Of a DNA stretch of 24,000 nt, positions 17,417 through 24,000 are shown one piece after another. The position numbers and the translations under genes are program-made. The notes below the pieces were generated by a model. It was not told the origin of the DNA, did no database searches, and saw only the letters and a list, made by a program, of their open reading frames with translations. Location of the stretch: assembly GCF_030406405.1 (NCBI RefSeq), contig NZ_JAUEPL010000030.1, positions 11,852 to 35,851 of the forward strand. Direction: 5' to 3'. The DNA comes from Streptomyces ficellus. GTDB lineage: Bacteria; Actinomycetota; Actinomycetes; Streptomycetales; Streptomycetaceae. Position 1 is the first letter of the stretch. Every line of letters starts with the position of its first letter.

Positions 17417-17988
17417 ATGAGTCGTCGTTCTGGTGGGCTGATCGGGGCGTGGGCGGAGGCCCAGCGGCAACAGCAGCGGCAGGCGGAGGCGCGGCAGAGG
17501 GCTGTGGTGGAGCAGCGGTTGCGGTCTGAGCGGGAGCAGCGGGCGTACGAGCGGGACATGGCCCGGATGCATCGGGAGCAGCGGGCCGCGTATCGGCGTC
17601 AGCGGGAGGCGGATGTTCTGCGGCGGTCGCAGGAGTTGGACGCGCGGGTGGCGGAGTTGGAGGGGTTGCTGGCGGAGGGGTGTCGTGCGCCTGCGTTTCG
17701 GATTGCCGGAGAGGGCTGACCGGCTGGTGCTGGTGGCTGCTGTGGATCCGGAAGAGAATCCGGATGCGGACTTGTCTTTTCACGGATGCGGCGATTCGTT
17801 TGCGTGATGCGTCGGGGGCGGAGCTCGATCGGTTGACGGTGTCGGATGGGCGGGCGGGGGAGACGGCTTTGGTGCTCGGGTCGTTTCGACGTCGGGCGGG
17901 TGGTGACTGGGATTTCGTTCTCGGTGGCAAGGGCTATGCGGAAGGTTTGGCGGCCTTGGTGGGCGATTTCGGTATCGAAGCCGAGTAG
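17417..17988 (+). pseudogene. coiled-coil / TerD-domain (C-terminal half) protein gene interrupted by two +1 frameshifts
   Basis: Frame A from ATG 17417 (Arg/Gln/Glu-rich coiled coil) ends at TGA 17717-17719. Frame B reads VVRLRFGLPERADRLVLVAAVDPEENPDADLSF. Frame C reads TDAAIRLRDASGAELDRLTVSDGRAGETALVLGSFRRRAGGDWDFVLGGKGYAEGLAALVGDFGIEAE. Frames B and C joined resemble the C-terminal half of TerD. Confidence 0.5.
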
Positions 17989-17999
17989 GTGGATGCGGC

Positions 18000-18031
18000 A
18001 AGGCCCCGGACGGGTGTGTCCGGGGCCTTTT
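18000..18031. terminator. bidirectional hairpin between the TerD-like gene and the convergent oxidoreductase gene
   Basis: aaggccccggac (18000-18011), loop gggtgt, gtccggggcctt (18018-18029), then tt. Confidence 0.7.
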
Positions 18032-18052
18032 GCGTGTGCTGGTGGACGTGGA

Positions 18053-19453
18053 TCAGTGGCGGCCGGAGATGCGGTTGGCGAGGGTGGCGATGGGCGCGGT
18101 CGTGGGGGTGTGGGTGGTCGTTTCGCGGTGGTCGGCGGTGCGGTAGGCGGCGTAGAGGGTGTGGACGCCGAGCCAGCGGAGGGGTTCGGGTTCCCAGAGG
18201 CGGACCTTGTGGTTGACCCAGGGGAGGGTGGTGAGGTCGGTGGGGCCGCACTGGCCGGAGTCCTGCTGGATCAGGTCGCGCAGGGTGCGGGCGGCGAGGT
18301 TGGCGGTGGCGACGCCCGAGCCGACGTAGCCGCCGGCCCAGCCGAGGCCGGTGGAGCGGTCGAGGGTGACGGTGGCGCACCAGTCGCGGGGGACGCCGAG
18401 GACGCCGGACCAGGCGTGGGCGATGGGGGTGCCGGCGAGGGTGGGGAAGAGGCGGGTGAGGGCGGAGCGGAGGGCTTCGATGGTGGCGGGGTGGGTGCGG
18501 TCGGCGTTGAGGGCGGTGGCGGCGCGTGAGCCGTAGCGGTAGGGGACGCCGCGGCCGCCGAGGGCGATGCGGTCGTCGGCGGTGCGCTGGGCGTACGTAT
18601 AGGCGTGGGCCAGGTCGCCGAGGGTTTCGCGGCCGGTCCAGCCGATGGCGTCCCACACGTCCGGGGGGAGCGGGTCGGTGACGATCATGGAGGAGTTCAT
18701 GGGGAGCCAGGTGCGCTTGTGGCCCTTGAGGGACGCGGTGAAGCCTTCGGTGCAGCGCAGGATGTAGGGGGCGCGGACGGTGCCGTAGGGGGTGACGGCG
18801 TGCTTGGGCTTGATGTCGGTGACGGGGGTCGACTCGTGGATGGTGACGCCGAGGGCTTCCACGGTGGCGGCCAGGCCCCTGACGAGTTTGACCGGGTGGA
18901 TACGGGCGCCGTGCGGGGTCCAGGTGGAGCCCACGGCGCCGGTGACGCGGACGCGCTCGGCGGTGGCGCGGGCGCCGAGGAGTTCGCGGTCGGTCTCGCC
19001 GAAGGCGATCTCGACGGAGTGGAACGCTTTGAGGCGGGCCAACTGGGCGGGTGTGTAGGCGACTTCGAGGACGCCGCCCTGGTGGATGTCGGCGTCGATG
19101 TGTTCGTCGGCGGTGACCTTGATGACCTCGGTGACCGTGTCGTTCATCGCCTGCTGGAGGCGTACGGCGGCGTCGTGGCCGTGGCGCTTTGCGTAGCGGT
19201 CGCGGCCGGCGATGCCGTTGTAGAGCCATCCGCCGTTGCGGCCGGAGGCCCCGTAACCGCAGAACTTCCCTTCCAGGACAATGATGTTGAGGAAGGGAAC
19301 GGCCTTCTTGAGGTAGTACGCGGTCCACAGGCCGGTGTAGCCGCCGCCGACGACGCAGACGTCGGCGGTGGTGTCGCCGGGGAGGGGCTCCCGGGGGGCG
19401 GGGGTGCCCTCTTGGGCGTACCAGAACGATATGCCGCCGTTGACGGTGCTCAT
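18053..19453 (-). CDS. FAD-dependent oxidoreductase (DAO family, PuuB/gamma-glutamylputrescine-oxidase-like)
   Basis: 466 aa with an N-terminal dinucleotide fold, DVCVVGGGYTGLWTAYYL, and DAO-type length and layout. Confidence 0.75.
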   Translation of the reverse strand: MSTVNGGISFWYAQEGTPAPREPLPGDTTADVCVVGGGYTGLWTAYYLKKAVPFLNIIVLEGKFCGYGASGRNGGWLYNGIAGRDRYAKRHGHDAAVRLQQAMNDTVTEVIKVTADEHIDADIHQGGVLEVAYTPAQLARLKAFHSVEIAFGETDRELLGARATAERVRVTGAVGSTWTPHGARIHPVKLVRGLAATVEALGVTIHESTPVTDIKPKHAVTPYGTVRAPYILRCTEGFTASLKGHKRTWLPMNSSMIVTDPLPPDVWDAIGWTGRETLGDLAHAYTYAQRTADDRIALGGRGVPYRYGSRAATALNADRTHPATIEALRSALTRLFPTLAGTPIAHAWSGVLGVPRDWCATVTLDRSTGLGWAGGYVGSGVATANLAARTLRDLIQQDSGQCGPTDLTTLPWVNHKVRLWEPEPLRWLGVHTLYAAYRTADHRETTTHTPTTAPIATLANRISGRH

Positions 19454-19508
19454 GTGGTTCCTCGGCTGGTGCTGGTGGGTGTGGACGCGTGTGGCGGGAC
19501 GTTATCGG

Positions 19509-20405
19509 ATGGGGTGTTCAGTGATCGAGGTTCCGGCGGAGCTGGCGCGGATCCAGGGCGAGGTCAACGGTGACGAGGGGCGGGCGTTCATCGCCGCGCT
19601 GCCCGGGCTGGCCGAGCGGTTCCTGGAGGAGTGGGGGCTGCGGCGGGCCGGGCCGGTGATGCACGGGTGGAGTGCGCTGGTGCTGCCGGTGGTGGCGGGG
19701 GACGGGACGCGTGCGGCGCTGAAGTTGCAGCTGCGGGACGAGGAGAGTGAGGGCGAGGGCGCGGCGCTGCGGGCTTGGGGCGGTTCGGGCGCCGTGCGGC
19801 TGCTGGCGGAGGACGCCGGGACGGCGACACTGCTGCTGGAGTGGCTGGACGAGGGGCGGCATCTGTCGGCGGTGGAGGACGTGCGGGAGGCGACGGCGAC
19901 GCTGGCCGGGCTGATGGCGCGGCTGGTGGCCGTCCCGGCGCCGGCCGGGATGCGGCGGCTGGGCGACATCGCGGCGCGGATGCTCGATGACGTACCGGAG
20001 GCTTTGGCGTGGCTGGAGCGCGAGGAGGACCGGCGGCTGCTGCGGGATTGCGCGGCGGCGGTACGGGAAGTGGTGGGCGAGCCGGGGGACCGGCTGCTGC
20101 ACTGGGACCTGCACTTCGACAACGTCCTCGCGGCGGACCGCGAGCCGTGGCTGGCGATCGACCCCAAGCCGCTCGCCGGGGACCCGGGTTTCGAGCTGCT
20201 GCCGGCGCTGTTCGACCGGTTCGATCCGGATGATGTGCTGTGGCGCTTCGACCTGATGACCGAGGTGCTGGGGCTGGACCGCGAGCGGGCGAGGGCCTGG
20301 ACGCTGGGGCGGGTGCTCCAGGACTCCCTGTGGGACGTCGAGGACGGGGTCACCGTGCTGGAGGGGGAGCGGGCGGTGGTGGGGCGGCTGTTGCTCGGGC
20401 GGTAG
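19509..20405 (+). CDS. aminoglycoside/hydroxyurea resistance-type kinase (APH(6)/Hur family)
   Basis: Catalytic region LLHWDLHFDNVL...WLAIDPKPLAGDPGFE resembles the APH(6) HGDLHxxNVL...IDPKxxxGDP pattern. Start is ATG 19509 or GTG 19521; the upstream part of the ORF overlaps the divergent gene. Confidence 0.65.
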   Translation: MGCSVIEVPAELARIQGEVNGDEGRAFIAALPGLAERFLEEWGLRRAGPVMHGWSALVLPVVAGDGTRAALKLQLRDEESEGEGAALRAWGGSGAVRLLAEDAGTATLLLEWLDEGRHLSAVEDVREATATLAGLMARLVAVPAPAGMRRLGDIAARMLDDVPEALAWLEREEDRRLLRDCAAAVREVVGEPGDRLLHWDLHFDNVLAADREPWLAIDPKPLAGDPGFELLPALFDRFDPDDVLWRFDLMTEVLGLDRERARAWTLGRVLQDSLWDVEDGVTVLEGERAVVGRLLLGR

Positions 20406-20421
20406 TGCTTAGGCTGCGGTC

Positions 20422-20892
20422 ATGATTCGTACCGCTGTCGTTGACGACGTCCCTGTCCTTCACGCGATGATCCGCGAGCTCGCCGAGTACGAGAAGGCCC
20501 TCGATGAGGTGCGGGCGAGCGAGGAGCAGCTGCGGGAGGCGCTGTTCGGCGAGCGGCCCGCCGCGTTCGCGCACATCGCGGAGACGGACGAGGGGGAGGC
20601 CGTCGGCTTCGCGCTGTGGTTCTTGAACTTCTCGACGTGGCGTGGGGTGCACGGGATCTATCTGGAGGATCTGTACGTGCGGCCCGGGAAGCGGGGCGGC
20701 GGGTACGGCAAGGCGCTGCTGAGGGAGTTGGCGCGGATCTGTGTGGCGCGGGGGTACGAGCGGCTGGAGTGGTCCGTGCTGGACTGGAACGCCCCGTCGA
20801 TCGACTTCTACCGGTCGCTGGGCGCGCGGCCGCAGGAGGAGTGGACGGTGTACCGGCTGACCGACGAGGCGTTGGTGGCGCTGGGGTCGTGA
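20422..20892 (+). CDS. GNAT acetyltransferase, diamine (spermidine/spermine) N-acetyltransferase-like
   Basis: 156 aa: IRELAEYEK..., FALWFLNFSTWRG..GIYLEDLYVRPGKRGGGYGKALL..., LEWSVLDWNAPSIDFYRSLGA. Confidence 0.75.
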   Translation: MIRTAVVDDVPVLHAMIRELAEYEKALDEVRASEEQLREALFGERPAAFAHIAETDEGEAVGFALWFLNFSTWRGVHGIYLEDLYVRPGKRGGGYGKALLRELARICVARGYERLEWSVLDWNAPSIDFYRSLGARPQEEWTVYRLTDEALVALGS

Positions 20893-20911
20893 GTCGTGAG
20901 TCCGGGGCGGG

Positions 20912-21802
20912 CTACCCGTTCTTGCAGGTGACGGTGGGGCCGGTGAGCATTCCGCCGGTGGTCTGCTGGCCCTTGGGTGTCCAGTAGCCCAGCTTGGAGA
21001 CGAGGGTGGAGCAGGTCGCCTTGAGCGTGGCGCGGACGGTCACCGTGGCGGGGCGGCCCGGCTGGAGGTCGGTGAGCGCGCAGTCCAGTGCGTACATGCT
21101 CCGGGTGGTGGAGGGGTAGCGGCCGGGGAGCGGGTTGACGCACCGGGTGTCGGAGGAGACGACGCGGATGCCGGTGGCCTCTTCGCCGATGAGGCCGAGC
21201 CGGGCGCTGCCGTCGCCGTGATCGCTGACGCGGGAGACGGTGTAGGTGAGGGTGGTGGAGGTGCCCGGCTTCAGGGTGCCTCCCGTGACCTCGACGCGGT
21301 GCGTGGGCGGCGGTGCGGCCTCGGTGAGGGTGAGGGTGCCGCGTGCCTGGCCGCGCAGGTCGATGCCGGGCGTGGTGGAGCGTACGTGGACGGCGGCGCT
21401 GATGCGGTACGCGCCGGGGCCCGGGTAGTCGGCGCGGCCCGCGAGGGTGCCGGAGGAGGTGGGCTCGGCCGTGGGGCTGCCGTCGCGGTGGGCGGTCCAG
21501 GTTCCGGAGGTGCGGCAGACGGGGCGGGTGCCGGTGAGGTCGCGGCGGCAGGTGGCGGCGGCCATCACGGTCATGGTGGCGCCGGTGTGGGTGACGCACA
21601 GGGCGATGTCGGCGTACTGGCCGTGCGCACCGCGCAGGGTGCCGCCGGGGGCGCAGTGGGTGACGGGGGTGGGGGCCTGGGCGGGGGCCGGGGCTTGGGG
21701 GGATGGGGTGGCATGGGCCGCGGCGGTGGTCCACAGCAGCAGCGCCGACAGTGCGCCCAGCGCGTACAGCCTGGTGGGCGGTTTGCGGGATGTCCGGCTC
21801 AT
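20912..21802 (-). CDS. secreted hypothetical protein (8 Cys, beta-rich)
   Basis: ATG 21802 is preceded by AGGAGG 7 nt upstream. Signal peptide MSRTSRKPPTRLYALGALSALLLWTTAAAHA. The longer ORF to 21991 would bury the signal peptide. Confidence 0.7.
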   Translation of the reverse strand: MSRTSRKPPTRLYALGALSALLLWTTAAAHATPSPQAPAPAQAPTPVTHCAPGGTLRGAHGQYADIALCVTHTGATMTVMAAATCRRDLTGTRPVCRTSGTWTAHRDGSPTAEPTSSGTLAGRADYPGPGAYRISAAVHVRSTTPGIDLRGQARGTLTLTEAAPPPTHRVEVTGGTLKPGTSTTLTYTVSRVSDHGDGSARLGLIGEEATGIRVVSSDTRCVNPLPGRYPSTTRSMYALDCALTDLQPGRPATVTVRATLKATCSTLVSKLGYWTPKGQQTTGGMLTGPTVTCKNG

Positions 21803-21832
21803 TCTGGTCCTCCTGCTCATCCAGCTCGGCGA

Positions 21833-21905
21833 TTCCGGTCGGTCCGGTGTTCCGGTCGGTCCGGTCTGTTCCGGTCGCTCCGGTCTCTGCCGGTCTCTTC
21901 CGGTC
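21833..21905. repeat. eight phased copies of CCGGTC (one is CCGGTG) at 8-10-bp spacing
   Basis: CCGGTC starts at 21835, 21843 (ccggtg), 21852, 21861, 21871, 21880, 21890 and 21900. The array lies 31-103 nt upstream of the secreted-protein start. Confidence 0.8.
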
Positions 21906-22010
21906 GATTCGGAGCTTGGATGGTGCGGGAGCGAGGTGGCGCCGGTGCCCGGCCACGCGGGCACTGCGCCGGTTCCGCTACGCCGGTTCACCCGGCGGGG
22001 GGAGGCGCTG

Positions 22011-22109
22011 TTACGGGACGAGGACCACCTTGCCCATGGTGGCGCGGGTCTCCAGGGCGCGTACGTCTCCGCCGGCCTTCTGGAGCAACGAGAGGGGCCC
22101 CCGGTCGGT
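22011..22109 (-). pseudogene. C-terminal remnant (~30 codons) of an MDR-type zinc-binding dehydrogenase / quinone oxidoreductase
   Basis: Translation ...LSLLQKAGGDVRALETRATMGKVVLVP* matches the conserved C-terminal end of quinone oxidoreductases (...AHRxLESRxTxGKxVLxP). Nothing protein-like precedes it in that frame. Confidence 0.4.
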
Positions 22110-22645
22110 CAGGGCAGGCGGGGGAAACGGGACTGGAGGTCCCAGATCACCGGGTTGTCCGCCAGGCCCTCGTGCATGTCCGTGAGGTCGGCGACCAGGT
22201 CGTGCAGGAAGTCGCGGGCCTCGCGGCGCAGCACCGCGTGGCTGAAGGTCAGCGGGGGCTCGTCGGCCGGCATCCAGTCGGCCTCGACGTCCACCCAGCC
22301 GAAGCGGCGCTCGAAGAGCATCCGGTCCGTGGACTCGGTGAAGTCCAGCTCCGCGTACTGCGGCGCGGCCGACCGGCTGCCGCGCGGGTCGCGGTCGAGC
22401 CGCTCGACGATGTCGCACAGCGCCCACGCGAAGTCGAGCACCGGCACCCATCCCCAGGCTGTGGACACCTCGCGGTCCGCCTTCGTGTCCGCGAGGTACA
22501 CGTCGCCGCAGAACAGGTCGTGGCGCAGCGCGTGGACGTCCGCGCGGCGGTAGTCCGTCTGCGGCGGGTCGGGGAAGCGGCGGGAGAGGGAGTAGCCGAT
22601 GTCGAGCACGTGGTCGATGGTGTCACGTCCGGGGCGTGCGCCCAC
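22109..22645 (-). CDS. hypothetical protein (about 178 aa, no family recognised)
   Basis: Protein-like translation with typical GC3: ...IDHVLDIGYSLSRRFPDPPQTDYRRADVHALRHDLFCGDVYLAD...WGWVPVLDFAWALCDIVERLD... The start is uncertain (GTG 22645 is the first candidate downstream of the response-regulator gene). Confidence 0.5.
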   Translation of the reverse strand: MGARPGRDTIDHVLDIGYSLSRRFPDPPQTDYRRADVHALRHDLFCGDVYLADTKADREVSTAWGWVPVLDFAWALCDIVERLDRDPRGSRSAAPQYAELDFTESTDRMLFERRFGWVDVEADWMPADEPPLTFSHAVLRREARDFLHDLVADLTDMHEGLADNPVIWDLQSRFPRLP

Positions 22646-22788
22646 ACGTGCGAGTGAATGACTCGCGGTTGCCCCGATGGGGTCCGGCCTACTTGAGAGC
22701 GTCGCTCCGTATCGAAGGAGGTCCGCCGTGGCGCTGCCTGTCCCCGAGCACGAGCGGGTTCGACCTCGGCACCGGGGCGTTCTGACCG

Positions 22789-23385
22789 CTACGGCAGCAG
22801 GCGCCGCTCCTTCGCCACCGCCACCGCGCCGGCGCGCGTGTCCACGCCGAGCTTGGCGTAGATGCGGCCGAGGTGCGTCTTGACGGTGGCCTCGCTGATG
22901 AACAGTGCCCGTGCGATCTCCCGGTTGCCCAGACCGCGCGCCAGCTGGCCCAGGATGTCCAGCTCGCGGTGGGTGAGGGCCGGGGCACGGTGCCGGGGTA
23001 CGGCGCGGCTGAGTGCCGCGCGGCCCTCGGCCGCCGCGTGGATGGCGGCGAACAGCTCCTCGGGGCGTTCCGCCTTCAGCAGGTAGCCGGTGGCGCCCGC
23101 GCCGATGGCCCGGGTGACGTCGGCGTCCGTGTCGTAGGTGGTGAGGACCAGCACCCGCACGGACGGGGAGGCGATACGGCGGGTGGCCTCCACCCCGTCG
23201 ATGCCGGAGCCCAGCTGGAGGTCCATGAGCACGACGTCCGGCGTGACCTTGGCGGCCATCGCGACCGCCTCCTCGCCGCTGCCCGCCTCGCCGACGACCT
23301 CGATGCCGGGTGCGCTGCCCAGCAGCGCGCGCAGCCCGGCGCGTACGACCGCGTGGTCGTCGCACAGCAGGATCCGTACCGTCAT
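22789..23385 (-). CDS. NarL/FixJ-family (LuxR-type HTH) response regulator
   Basis: Receiver domain ILLCDDHAVVRAGL...VVLMDLQLG...VLVLTTYD... and HTH LTHRELDILGQLARGLGNREIARALFISEATVKTHLGRIYAKLG. Confidence 0.88.
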   Translation of the reverse strand: MTVRILLCDDHAVVRAGLRALLGSAPGIEVVGEAGSGEEAVAMAAKVTPDVVLMDLQLGSGIDGVEATRRIASPSVRVLVLTTYDTDADVTRAIGAGATGYLLKAERPEELFAAIHAAAEGRAALSRAVPRHRAPALTHRELDILGQLARGLGNREIARALFISEATVKTHLGRIYAKLGVDTRAGAVAVAKERRLLP

Positions 23386-24000
23386 GGGCGGCTCTCCAGC
23401 GGGATCGACGGGATCGAGACGGACAGCACCGTGCCTTCGCCGGGCGCGGACTCGATGGTCAGGGTGCCGCCGAGCTGCTCGGCCCGCGCCCGGATGGCGG
23501 GCAGGCCGTGGCCTCGGACGCCTCGCCGTGCCGTACGCGGATCGAAGCCGCGGCCGTCGTCCGCGATGTCGAGGACGACCTGGTCGTCCAGGTAGGTGAG
23601 GGTCAGCGCGGCGGAGGTGGCGTCGGCGTGCTCCCGTACGTTGGCCAGGGCGCCCTGTGCGATCCGCAGCAGCGCGGAGCGCACCCGCTCGGGAAGGGCG
23701 ACCGGCGTGCCGTCCACCCGGAAGTGCGCCGACTCGCGGGCGGCGAGCGCGCGTAGCGCCTCTTCCAGGCCGACGCCCCCGGCGAGGTCGGCGGGCGCCA
23801 GGTCGTGCACGAAGCGGCGCGCCTCGGCCAGGCCGCGTTCGGCGATCGACTCCGCCGTACGGACGTGGCGGCGGGCGGCCGCCGGGTCGCTGTCCCAGGT
23901 GCGCTCGGCGGCCTGGAGCAGCATCTGCTGGCTGGACAGGCCCTGGGCCAGGCTGTCGTGGATCTCCATCGACAGCCGCTGCCGTTCCGCGAGGGTGCCC
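23382..24000 (-). CDS. NarL-partner histidine kinase (HisKA_3 + HATPase_c), 5' end outside the window
   Basis: ERQRLSMEIHDSLAQGL H-box; ...ALANVREHA...; DDGRGF; GHGLPAIRARAEQLGGTL. The frame stays open to the window edge. ATGA overlap with the response regulator. Confidence 0.85.
   Translation of the reverse strand, partial: GTLAERQRLSMEIHDSLAQGLSSQQMLLQAAERTWDSDPAAARRHVRTAESIAERGLAEARRFVHDLAPADLAGGVGLEEALRALAARESAHFRVDGTPVALPERVRSALLRIAQGALANVREHADATSAALTLTYLDDQVVLDIADDGRGFDPRTARRGVRGHGLPAIRARAEQLGGTLTIESAPGEGTVLSVSIPSIPLESRP

Noticed and set aside
17300-21915. Integrative element bounded by the tRNA 3' end and a downstream att repeat (cggtcgattcgga at about 21900 resembles cggttcgattccga of the T-arm)
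   Set aside because: The match is short, needs two indels and lies inside the CCGGTC repeat array. No integrase, excisionase or conjugation or phage genes are present.

Overview
High-GC actinobacterial chromosome, Streptomyces-like, with third-codon GC near saturation. Positions 1-15322 are a conserved housekeeping block. Its gene order matches what I recall for the Streptomyces coelicolor phoU-phoRP to msiK region and the mycobacterial lpqE-carD-ispD-ispF-cysS-rlmB block. In order it holds: gpmA (3' part), a cysteine-rich micro-ORF, phoU, divergent phoR-phoP, an LpqE-like lipoprotein, carD, ispD, ispF, a GNAT, a PPOX/F420-type protein, cysS, rlmB, a DoxX-type membrane protein, a sugar nucleotidyltransferase, a small secreted protein and msiK. 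A TnpA-less IS200/IS605-type element sits between the msiK promoter and a tRNA-Thr(UGU) gene. It carries tnpB with an intact RuvC triad and a structured 3' non-coding tail that is a candidate omega-RNA. Downstream of the tRNA, codon style changes and the content looks accessory and partly decayed. That region holds a frameshifted TerD-like gene, an FAD oxidoreductase, an APH(6)/Hur-like kinase, an SSAT-like GNAT, a Cys-containing secreted protein preceded by a phased CCGGTC repeat array, an oxidoreductase C-terminal remnant, an orphan hypothetical gene and a NarL-type two-component pair (kinase truncated by the window end). No CRISPR array, rRNA, integrase or recognisable defence or biosynthetic cluster was seen. 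All family assignments rest on motifs read from the translations and on remembered synteny. No database search was possible.
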